From an uncultured Prevotella sp. (lineage in GTDB: Bacteria; Bacteroidota; Bacteroidia; Bacteroidales; Bacteroidaceae): a stretch of DNA of 64,000 nucleotides. The first letter of the stretch is position 1. The number at the start of each line of letters is the position of its first letter. Shown in pieces: positions 42,010 through 54,057 of the stretch. The stretch covers positions 35,408-99,407 of the forward strand of contig CABQKA010000002.1 of the NCBI GenBank assembly GCA_902464615.1. The letters run 5' to 3'. The position numbers and the translations under genes are program-made. Below the pieces are notes generated by a model. It searched no databases. It had not been told where the DNA came from and worked only from the letters and a program-made list of their open reading frames with translations.

Positions 42010-42136
42010 GTTGTTTCCGGGCTAAGGCTTGTTGTTTCCGGGCTAAGGCTTGTTGTTTCCGGGCTAAGGTTTGTTGTTTCCGGGCTAAGGTTTGTTGTTT
42101 CCGGGCTAAGGCTTGTCCGTCTGGGGGCTAAGGTTT
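42010..42136 (+). repeat. Tandem direct repeat (VNTR), 5 x 21 bp plus 1 degenerate unit; locus G of the palindrome family
   Basis: GTTGTTTCCGGGCTAAGG(C/T)TT at 42010, 42031, 42052, 42073, 42094; sixth CTAAG core at 42128. Confidence 0.95.
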
Positions 42137-42143
42137 GAGTACG

Positions 42144-42178
42144 AAAAAGTCCCGCCGGGCTTGCGGGCCCGGCGGGAC
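42144..42178 (-). terminator. Intrinsic terminator of beta-galactosidase gene
   Basis: 12-bp stem GTCCCGCCGGGC/GCCCGGCGGGAC + T5 on minus. Confidence 0.85.
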
Positions 42179-42205
42179 AGGGTAGGGAATGGCGCGTAGC
42201 GCGCT

Positions 42206-46348
<4,143 letters not shown>

Positions 46349-46467
46349 TTAGGAATTTGCGCGCCGGCGCGTGCGGCGTGGCCATTCCCTGTCTCCACCT
46401 TTCCGCCGGGACGGGGCCGGGCTTTCCGCTCCGCATCCCGGTTGTGTGTCCGCGTTGCGGAGTTTCC

Positions 46468-46526
46468 ACGGGGCTTATTCCCGTCTTTACGGGCCTTAGC
46501 CCCGTGCCGGCGGGGATAGGCCTCAT
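46468..46526. repeat. 21-bp-period palindromic array, locus H (3 units), abutting sialidase stop codon
   Basis: Cores CTTAT 46474, CTTAG 46495, ATAGG 46516. Confidence 0.85.
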
Positions 46527-47725
46527 TCGGCGCGGAAGCGTCCGCCGGTGACGTCGGCCAGGTCGAGCGCACGGTAGACCATCTGGTATCCTCCCGGTTC
46601 CTCTTCGTAGAAGAATCCGATACGGCCGTCGGCCTGGAGCGTCATGGTGGAGTAGGCCGACCCTTTTGCGGACACTTCGTAGCTGCCTTCCCAGTGGGAG
46701 GCGAAGCGCAGCGGCGTGTTGTAGTCCGAGGGTTCGTCGAGCGTCTTCCAGTAGAGGGTCACGTGGCTGCGGCCCGGTCCGGCGGGCACGCTTTGCAGGG
46801 CCAGCGGGGTGCGGCGGCCGGCGGCGTCGCGTGCGGTGACGATGAGCACTTCGCCGTTGCAGGCGCCCCCTTCGTTGCTGATGCCGCCCGGCGCCGTTTT
46901 CGAGTCGACGGGTGCGCCCCAGACGCCGCGGGCGGCGTCCACGTCGGTGTAGCGGAACACGTTGAAGTAGCGGCCGCCCTGTTTGCGCGAGCTGAGCAGC
47001 ACGCTGCCGTCGGGCAGTTCCTCGCACTTCGGCTCGTCGCCTTTCGGTGCGCAGGAGGTTTCGGCGCCGCCCAGGACGCCCCACGAGCGGCCGAAGTCGT
47101 CGGAGTAGAGGACGAAGTTGCCGCGGTGCGTGCAAAGCGCGGCGTAGAGGCGGTAGTAGCGTCCGGTCTTGACCTGGCGGCTCTGGCAGATGCGTCCCGA
47201 ACCCATGAACAGGCCGTTCACGCGGCCGCCGAAGAGGTCTTGGTAGACTGTTTCGGTCAGGTCCGTCGGGCGCTCCCACACCCAGCGGCCCGCCTTGCGG
47301 TCCCATTTGGCGTGCGTACTGACGATGCGCAGGGGATGGTCCGGGGTGGACTTCCAGTAGGGGACATCGCCCGAGGCACAGACGAGAAGCAGTTCGCGCC
47401 GGTCGCGGTCGGCCACGAGGCAGGCGTCGCCGTAGCCCGTCTCGGGCCCGCTGCCCGTCCCGGCAAGCACCGTGAAGGGCGGGCTCCACGTGGCGCCGTT
47501 GTCGTCGCTCGTGCGGCCCAGGATGTCTACGCGGCCGTAGCCTATGTCGCCGCCGCAGGGACGGTGGTCCGTGAGTGCGACGAGCTGCCCGCCGCGGGCG
47601 GTGGTCAGGGCTGGGATGCGGTAAGGGAAACCGGTCGAGTCGCCGGTGTGGAACAGGACAGTCTGCGCCTTTGCGGCGGGCACGGCTGCGAGGCAGACAA
47701 CAAGCGAGAGGAGGAGTTTGCGCAT
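46523..47725 (-). CDS. Single-domain GH33 sialidase
   Basis: Signal peptide; YRIP; Asp-boxes SDDNGATW, SDDFGRSW; SAYST; FFYEE. Confidence 0.88.
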   Translation of the reverse strand: MRKLLLSLVVCLAAVPAAKAQTVLFHTGDSTGFPYRIPALTTARGGQLVALTDHRPCGGDIGYGRVDILGRTSDDNGATWSPPFTVLAGTGSGPETGYGDACLVADRDRRELLLVCASGDVPYWKSTPDHPLRIVSTHAKWDRKAGRWVWERPTDLTETVYQDLFGGRVNGLFMGSGRICQSRQVKTGRYYRLYAALCTHRGNFVLYSDDFGRSWGVLGGAETSCAPKGDEPKCEELPDGSVLLSSRKQGGRYFNVFRYTDVDAARGVWGAPVDSKTAPGGISNEGGACNGEVLIVTARDAAGRRTPLALQSVPAGPGRSHVTLYWKTLDEPSDYNTPLRFASHWEGSYEVSAKGSAYSTMTLQADGRIGFFYEEEPGGYQMVYRALDLADVTGGRFRAE

Positions 47726-47761
47726 GGCGGTGTGAATTTTGGAAATGGTACAATGAAATGG

Positions 47762-49306
47762 TCATTCGCCCCAGGTGGAGCGGTCTAAGTTGCGGTAGCC
47801 CACGGCTTCGGCCACGTGGCGTGCGCCGACTTGCGGCGCTCCGTCGAGGTCGGCGATGGTGCGGGCCACCTTGAGGATGCGTTCATAGGCGCGGGCCGAG
47901 AGGCCGAGGGCTTTCATGGCCCGGCTCAGGCGGTCGGCGCCTTGGGCGTCGGGTAGCGCGTAGCGTTGCAGCTGGCGCGCCGTCATTTGTGCGTTGCAGT
48001 GCGTGCCGTTCTCTCCCCGGAAGCGCTCCGTCTGCACTTCGCGGGCCCGTACCACGCGCTCCCGGATGGCCGCGCTCGGTTCGCCGGCCGGCGCGTGGGC
48101 CAGTTCTTCCACAGATACGGGGGCCACTTCGACCTGTATGTCGATGCGGTCGAGCAGCGGGCCGGAGATGCGGTTCATGTAGCGGTGTATCTGCCCCGGC
48201 GTGCAGGCGCAGGGCCGCGTCGGGTGGTTGTAGTAGCCGCAGGGGCAGGGGTTCATCGAGGCAACGAGCATGAAGGAGCAGGGCAGGGTGGCCGTGTATT
48301 TGGCCCGCGAGATGGTGATGACGCGGTCTTCGAGCGGCTGGCGGAGCGTTTCGAGGGCCGAGCGGCTGAACTCGGGGAGCTCGTCGAGAAAGAGGACGCC
48401 GTTGTGGGCCAGGCTGATTTCGCCGGGCTGGAAAGTGCTTCCGCCCCCGATAAGGGCCACGTCGGAGATGGTGTGGTGCGGGCTGCGGAAGGGGCGGCGC
48501 GTGATGAGCGCCGTTTCCCCGTCCAGCTTTCCCGCTACGGAGTGAATCTGCGTCGTCTCCAGGCTTTCGGCCAGCGTGAGGCGGGGCAGGATGGAGGGCA
48601 GGCGTTTGGCCATCATGCTCTTGCCGCAGCCCGGGCTGCCTACGAGCAGCAGGTTGTGGCCGCCGGCGGCTGCGATTTCGAAGGCGCGCTTCACCTGTTC
48701 CTGCCCTTTTACGTCGGCGAAGTCGAGCGGGTCGTTCCCTTGGGCGGCAAGAAGGCTGTCCTGCGTGGCGGCGGCCTTCACGGGCGACAGGGCGGAACGC
48801 CCGTCGAGCAGTGCGGTGACTTCGGCCAGCGTGGCGACGCCGTAAACGCGCAGTCCTTCGACGACGGCGGCTTCGAGGGCATTGCGGCGGGGGACGATGA
48901 GGGACGCATAGCCCAGTTGCCGTGCCTTGATGGCTATGGGGAGTGCGCCTTTCACGCCGTGAACCGTACCGTCCAAGCCTAATTCGCCGACGATGAGGCA
49001 GCCTTCCAGCGCGTCCGTCTTTACCAGTTTGGCGGCGGCCAGCAGACCGATGGCCAGCGGCAGGTCGTAGCCCGAGCCTTCCTTGCGGACGTCGGCCGGG
49101 GCAAAGTTGACGGTCGTGTTCATCTGGGGAAGACGGTAGCCGGTGTTCTTCAGTGCGCTCTCCACGCGCATCCGGCTTTCACGCACGGCACTGTCGGGGA
49201 GACCGACCATAAAGAAGCTGTCGTTTCCCTTCCAGGTGTTGATTTCGAGGAATACGGGAAGTACGTTCAGGCCGCATAGCGCGGCGGTGTTGACTTTGAC
49301 TAACAT
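47762..49306 (-). CDS. comM: YifB/ComM Mg-chelatase-like AAA+ ATPase
   Basis: VGLPDSAVRES, GSPGCGKSM, PFRSPHHT, LFLDELPEF, MNPCPCG, KVARTIADL. Confidence 0.93.
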   Translation of the reverse strand: MLVKVNTAALCGLNVLPVFLEINTWKGNDSFFMVGLPDSAVRESRMRVESALKNTGYRLPQMNTTVNFAPADVRKEGSGYDLPLAIGLLAAAKLVKTDALEGCLIVGELGLDGTVHGVKGALPIAIKARQLGYASLIVPRRNALEAAVVEGLRVYGVATLAEVTALLDGRSALSPVKAAATQDSLLAAQGNDPLDFADVKGQEQVKRAFEIAAAGGHNLLLVGSPGCGKSMMAKRLPSILPRLTLAESLETTQIHSVAGKLDGETALITRRPFRSPHHTISDVALIGGGSTFQPGEISLAHNGVLFLDELPEFSRSALETLRQPLEDRVITISRAKYTATLPCSFMLVASMNPCPCGYYNHPTRPCACTPGQIHRYMNRISGPLLDRIDIQVEVAPVSVEELAHAPAGEPSAAIRERVVRAREVQTERFRGENGTHCNAQMTARQLQRYALPDAQGADRLSRAMKALGLSARAYERILKVARTIADLDGAPQVGARHVAEAVGYRNLDRSTWGE

Positions 49307-49456
49307 GGGCGAGGATAGGGTGGGGAGGTTGGCGCGGACTTCCCGTGCCGGGAGATGCTATTGCCGCGGCGTCGGGGAGCGTCGGCCGGGCTGCGGCGCT
49401 TTGCGGCGCAGCATTCCGCCAGGGGATGCCGGTTCGGCCGTGAGGGCTTGCTCCGG

Positions 49457-50488
49457 CTACCGGGCGGGAAGGGCGTCGCTGACGCGGCGTTCGAGGTCGT
49501 CGGCCGGGATGTCGCGGGCCACGATGTTGCCTTTTTCGTCGACCAGTATGGTTCCGGGGACGTAGCGCATGCCCAGGCGGCGGACCAGCTGTCCGTCGAA
49601 AGTGCGGCCGTCGCAGACGACGGGCCCGTCGAGGGAGTCGCGCTTGGCCCTGCTGCGGGCCCGCGACGGAAGCGCGTCGAGCGCGACGGAGAGTACGCCC
49701 AGCTGTTTGCCGTAGGCGCGCTGCAGGCGGCGCAATTTTCGGATGAGCGTCGTGCTCTCGCTGCTCCACGAGGCCCAGAAGGCGACGAGCAACGGGCGGC
49801 CGGCGAAGTCGGCCTTTGTCACGGTGCGGCCGTCGATGTCCTTGGCACTGAAGTCCGGAAGCGGCTGCCCCGGGCTGGTGGAGAGCAGCGGGGCGAGCCG
49901 GTGGCTTTGCGCGGTGATTAAGGCATTGTCCGGCTGCGCCTTCCGCAAGTCTGCGAGGAGCGACCGCGTGGTCTCCGGGTCTGGGGCCTCGGCTGTGGCG
50001 AAATAGCGCTTGAACACGGCGTAGGCGGCCAGTGTGGACGCGTGGCTGCGGATAAACTCTCCGGCGGCCAGGCGGGCGTCGTTTTCGCGTTTTCCTGCAT
50101 TCTCGCGGCGGAAGGTACTGAGCAGCTCGTTCTCCTCCGTTCCTGAAATCTCGGCTTCGGCCAGCCGTGACGCGTTGCCTTCGATGCGGAGTTTCTTGCC
50201 CGGTTCGGCTACGATGTAGGTCTGCGAGAAATTAGGGTAGAGCAGGGTGAGGACTGTCGGGGCCGCAAGCTGGCGTTCGTAGCTGAACGCGCCGTCGCGG
50301 ATGGTGATGGTGTCGAAAAACGGGGCGTTGCCTTCGTCGCAGTAGATGAAGAACTCGGCTTGGTTCACGCCGCTCAGGCGCCCTTCGAGCACGAAGCGGT
50401 CCTTCGGGCTTGAACAGGCGGCGGCAACGAGTACAAGGACAACGCAGAGCGCCGCCGCGCAGCGGGTGGGGGACAGGCGGATTTTCAT
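49457..50488 (-). CDS. DUF4369 + TlpA/AhpC-like thioredoxin-fold lipoprotein
   Basis: Lipobox VAAAC; LPDFSAKDIDG; FWASWS (CxxC replaced by SxxS). Confidence 0.8.
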   Translation of the reverse strand: MKIRLSPTRCAAALCVVLVLVAAACSSPKDRFVLEGRLSGVNQAEFFIYCDEGNAPFFDTITIRDGAFSYERQLAAPTVLTLLYPNFSQTYIVAEPGKKLRIEGNASRLAEAEISGTEENELLSTFRRENAGKRENDARLAAGEFIRSHASTLAAYAVFKRYFATAEAPDPETTRSLLADLRKAQPDNALITAQSHRLAPLLSTSPGQPLPDFSAKDIDGRTVTKADFAGRPLLVAFWASWSSESTTLIRKLRRLQRAYGKQLGVLSVALDALPSRARSRAKRDSLDGPVVCDGRTFDGQLVRRLGMRYVPGTILVDEKGNIVARDIPADDLERRVSDALPAR

Positions 50489-50497
50489 GCGGGAATG

Positions 50498-50533
50498 AAA
50501 AAGAGGAGCCGGAGCTATGGTCTCCGACTCCTC
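50498..50533 (-). terminator. Intrinsic terminator of TPR lipoprotein gene
   Basis: GAGGAGCCGGAG / CTCCGACTCCTC stem + T5 on minus. Confidence 0.75.
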
Positions 50534-50563
50534 GGGTATTCAGGATAAAACGATTCAGTTGTT

Positions 50564-52264
50564 TTATTTCACGAGGCTCTGGAAAGAAGCGTCGTTGAAG
50601 AGAGCTGCGAACTCGAGGTCCTTGGCGGCGTAAGCCTTGAGCGAGGAATCCTTCTGGATGGCGTCGCGCAGGTTAGAGAGAGCCGTGGAGGACTGGTTCG
50701 TGCGGGCGCTGACGATGGCCTTCAGGTAGCTCGTCATGGCGTCGGGGTTAGCCACGTTGGTCAGGGTCGTGGTAGCTGCCGTGTAGTCCTTGTTGAGGAT
50801 CTGTGCCAGGGCAGCGCTGTTCGTGTTGGCGCCGCTCAGGTCGTTGGCGGCCTGTCCGTAGTTACCTTTGGCAATGTTGATGTTGCCGGCTACTTCCTTG
50901 TAGTTCTTCGCCGTCGTGGCGCGGCCTGCATAGTTCTCGGCTTCCGTCAGGTTGCCCTGTGCCAGAGCGAGGAGGGCGCGGTTGGCGTTGACTTCGGCGG
51001 CGTCGCCTTTCTTGCTGGCAGCCTGGTCGAGGTAGTTCTTGGCAGCGTTGAGGTCGCCTTTCTGGAGGGCGAGCAAGCCCAAGTTGTTGTAAGCGCGGTA
51101 GTCGCTCGGATACTGCTGCGTTGTCTTGGTGTAGATGTCAGTCTTCTCGGCCGGGTCGGTCGTCAGCGTAGCGGCGTAGAGCATTTCCTCTACGGAGAGC
51201 TTCGACGGGTCAGCCTTGTACTGCTGCTGGATTTCGTCGTCGGTGCGGCCGATAATGTTGTAGTTCAGCGTCAGGCGGGCACGGCGCAGTTCGGGAAGAA
51301 TTTCGTCGGCCAGCTCTTTGTAGGCGGCAGAGATGTTGCGGATCTGCGTTTCGCGCTCTTCGGGATCCTGGTACATGGAGAGGACGCGCAGGATGACGTC
51401 CTTATCCTGCAGGTTGGACTGCTCTACGAGTTCCTTGAAGCCGTCCCAGTCTTCAGCCGTGTATTTGCCGTCGATGTCGGCGTCGAGCTCGATTTTCTTC
51501 AACTGGCCTTTGAGGTAGTCGGTCGAAGTGCCTTCACGCTTCTCGGCAAGTTCCTTGTTGAAGTCGAAGGCACCATCGGGCGAAGCGTAGGCGGAAACTT
51601 CGATGCCGTCGAGTTGGAGGCCCTTCTGGTCAGCCTTGATGTCGCGCAGCATCTGTACGAATTCCTGTACGGATACGGATTCCAGCTCGCTGCTGCGTAC
51701 TTTGGCCTGGTTGATGAGGTATTTGATCTGTGCCTTCTTGGTCTGGGCGATGGAGTACTGGTATGCGTCCTCGCCGAGCGCGCCGGTGGCGTTGGCAGCC
51801 GTGCGGGCCAGAAGGGCAGAGGTAGCGATAACACCGTCGGCTACCTTGACTTCAGGCACCTCTACGCTCTTCTTGCCCACGCGGGCTTCGAAGGTCAGGT
51901 AGAGTTCGCTCTTCTGCATGGCGGGCAAGTACTCGAAAGAGTTCTTCATCGTATAGTTGCCGCCCATCTTGTAGGAAATCTCCTGGTCGTTGCCTTTTAC
52001 CTTTTCGCCCTGGAACGTTGCGGACTGGCCTTTGGCTTCGCCGCCTTCGTAGCGCAGCACGGGAATTACCGTAACGACGGCTTTCTTCTTCATGTATTTT
52101 TCGGGGAAACGGCCGTCGATGGTGACGGGTACCTGACCGGCTACGGCCTCCATCGGGGAGGGCGTGACGGTGAAGTTGTCAGCAGAAAGCTCGCCGAGCT
52201 TTTTGCAAGACGTCAGCGCCAGCGTGGAAGCCAGCGCCAAAGACAAGTAAAGTTTACTTTTCAT
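50564..52264 (-). CDS. Lipoprotein with OmpA-like domain and TPR repeats
   Basis: Lipobox LALTSC; AYASPDG..FN..LA..R; AEDWDGF; C-terminal TPRs; -7 box TATCTTTG at 52298-52305. Confidence 0.85.
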   Translation of the reverse strand: MKSKLYLSLALASTLALTSCKKLGELSADNFTVTPSPMEAVAGQVPVTIDGRFPEKYMKKKAVVTVIPVLRYEGGEAKGQSATFQGEKVKGNDQEISYKMGGNYTMKNSFEYLPAMQKSELYLTFEARVGKKSVEVPEVKVADGVIATSALLARTAANATGALGEDAYQYSIAQTKKAQIKYLINQAKVRSSELESVSVQEFVQMLRDIKADQKGLQLDGIEVSAYASPDGAFDFNKELAEKREGTSTDYLKGQLKKIELDADIDGKYTAEDWDGFKELVEQSNLQDKDVILRVLSMYQDPEERETQIRNISAAYKELADEILPELRRARLTLNYNIIGRTDDEIQQQYKADPSKLSVEEMLYAATLTTDPAEKTDIYTKTTQQYPSDYRAYNNLGLLALQKGDLNAAKNYLDQAASKKGDAAEVNANRALLALAQGNLTEAENYAGRATTAKNYKEVAGNINIAKGNYGQAANDLSGANTNSAALAQILNKDYTAATTTLTNVANPDAMTSYLKAIVSARTNQSSTALSNLRDAIQKDSSLKAYAAKDLEFAALFNDASFQSLVK

Positions 52265-52509
52265 AAAGGTATGGTTTTGTTGAGGTATTTTCTGGGGCAA
52301 AGATAAGCAATATTCCGCATGGAGCGGGGTGGCCTTCTTTTTTTTTTCTTATCAATCATTAAAAAGGACTTCGTTTTGTCGGCAATACTGTACTGTCTGA
52401 CGGGTAAATTGCGCACTTCAACCCGTTGTTGTGCCATTTGGTGCCGCCAGGTTCAGGGGAGGTGTCCCCGCGCCGTCGCCGCAGAGGCGGCGCTTCCTGC
52501 CTGCTGCCC

Positions 52510-52568
52510 AGCGGCCTTAGCCCCGTGGCCACGGGCCCTATCCCCGTCGCTGCGGGGCTAAGGCCCGT
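52510..52568. repeat. 21-bp-period palindromic array, locus I (3 units; outer units inverted)
   Basis: Cores CTTAG 52516, CCTAT 52537, CTAAG 52558. Confidence 0.9.
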
Positions 52569-52689
52569 TCCTCCCGCCTCCAGCTGTGCCCTTTCGGGCA
52601 GAGGGCGTGCCGCCACGGCTTTTTTTCGTATATTTGCGGGGAAAATCGGGCTTCGTGCCCGAAGTGTATCTTTATAAAGACGACTGGAT

Positions 52690-53871
52690 ATGGAAATCAA
52701 GGAAAATATCTTTTATGTCGGTGTGAACGACCGCGTGAAGCACCGCTTTGAGGGCCTGTGGCTTTTGCCGCAGGGCGTTTCGTACAATTCTTATCTCATT
52801 GTCGACGAGAAGGTGGCTCTGGTCGACACGGTCGACGTGGCTTTCTTCGCCGAATACCTGGAGAAAATCCGCGCCGTGCTCGGCGAGCGTCCGGTAGACT
52901 ATCTCATCATCAACCACATGGAGCCGGACCACTCGGGCAGCCTTTCGCTCATCCGCAAATACTATCCCGGCATCCGCCTCGTGGGCAACCGCAAGACGTT
53001 CGAGATGGTGCAGGGCTTCTACGGCGAGCCGACGGAGGGTGACGTGCTCGTGGCCGACGGCGGCAAGCTCAGCCTGGGCCGCCGTGAACTCACGTTCTAC
53101 CTGGCCCCGATGCTCCACTGGCCCGAAACGATGGTGACGTTCGACGCCGCGGAGGGCATCCTCTTTTCCGGCGATGCCTTCGGCTGCTTCGGCGCGCTCA
53201 ACGGCGCGGTCGTCGACGCGCAGATGGACACGTCGGCCTACTGGCCCGAGATGGAGCGCTATTTCGCTTCCATTCTGGGCAAGTTCCGCGCTCCCGTGCG
53301 CACGGCGCTCCGCAAACTGGGCGGGCTGGACATCCGCACGATATGCTCCACGCACGGCCCGGTCTGGACAGACGAGGTCCCACGTGCCATTGAGACGTAC
53401 CGCCGCTTGAGCGAGGGCGAGACCGAGCCGGGCCTTGTCGTCTGCTACGGGTCGATGTACGGCAATACGCAGCGCGTGGCCGAGGCCGTGGCCGAAGGGG
53501 CTGCGGCCGAAGGGCTGAAGAAAATCATCGTACACAACCTGAGCGTTTCCCAGCCTTCGTTCGTCCTGGCGGACATCTTCCGTTACAGCGGCCTGGCCGT
53601 GGGCGGACCGACCTACAACGGCGGCCTTTTCCCCGTCGTGGAGGACCTGCTGCGCCGCCTGGCCGCGCGCGAGGTCGCCGGTCACAAGCTGGGCTACTTC
53701 GGCGGCTTCACCTGGGCATCGGCTGCGGTGAAAGCCATTGCGGCCTACAACGAGCAGATGAAGATGGACGTTGTCTGCGGACCGGTGGAGTGGAAGCAGG
53801 GCGTTTCCGTCACCACGGAAGAGGCTGCCCGCAGCCTCGGTGGCGCATTGGCGCGCGCCGTCATGGGCTGA
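52690..53871 (+). CDS. fprA: Flavodiiron protein (A-type flavoprotein)
   Basis: GVSYNSYL, NHMEPDHSG, HWPETM, FSGDAFG, HGPVW, SMYGNT; -7 box TATATTTG at 52629-52636. Confidence 0.93.
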   Translation: MEIKENIFYVGVNDRVKHRFEGLWLLPQGVSYNSYLIVDEKVALVDTVDVAFFAEYLEKIRAVLGERPVDYLIINHMEPDHSGSLSLIRKYYPGIRLVGNRKTFEMVQGFYGEPTEGDVLVADGGKLSLGRRELTFYLAPMLHWPETMVTFDAAEGILFSGDAFGCFGALNGAVVDAQMDTSAYWPEMERYFASILGKFRAPVRTALRKLGGLDIRTICSTHGPVWTDEVPRAIETYRRLSEGETEPGLVVCYGSMYGNTQRVAEAVAEGAAAEGLKKIIVHNLSVSQPSFVLADIFRYSGLAVGGPTYNGGLFPVVEDLLRRLAAREVAGHKLGYFGGFTWASAAVKAIAAYNEQMKMDVVCGPVEWKQGVSVTTEEAARSLGGALARAVMG

Positions 53872-54057
53872 CGCTTTCCCGTCCGGTTCTTGTCCTATAC
53901 ACCGCCCCCGTGCCCGCACCGTTCCGGTGCCGCGCGGGGGCGGTGCGCGTGCTTAGGCGCGGGGCTTCCCGTATCAGCGCGGCAACGCCTCCCGTCCGGC
54001 TCTTTGGCCGCCCGGGAGGCGTTGGCATACGGATAGGCAGCGGAAGGAGCGGGCGGC

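Noticed and set aside
41865..42131. Small ORFs with CCFRAKA or TGLSPV heptads in intergenic regions
   Set aside because: These are translations of the 21-bp repeats without credible start signals; only the glycosidase case joins a real CDS
42010..42136. Possible CRISPR array
   Set aside because: Units are contiguous 21-mers with no unique spacers, and there are no cas genes in the window
47762..49306. comM as an integration hotspot
   Set aside because: The gene is intact and full length with no inserted element
53940..53990. Twelfth repeat array near CTTAG at 53952
   Set aside because: Single core with poor arms and no convincing partner at +/-21 bp
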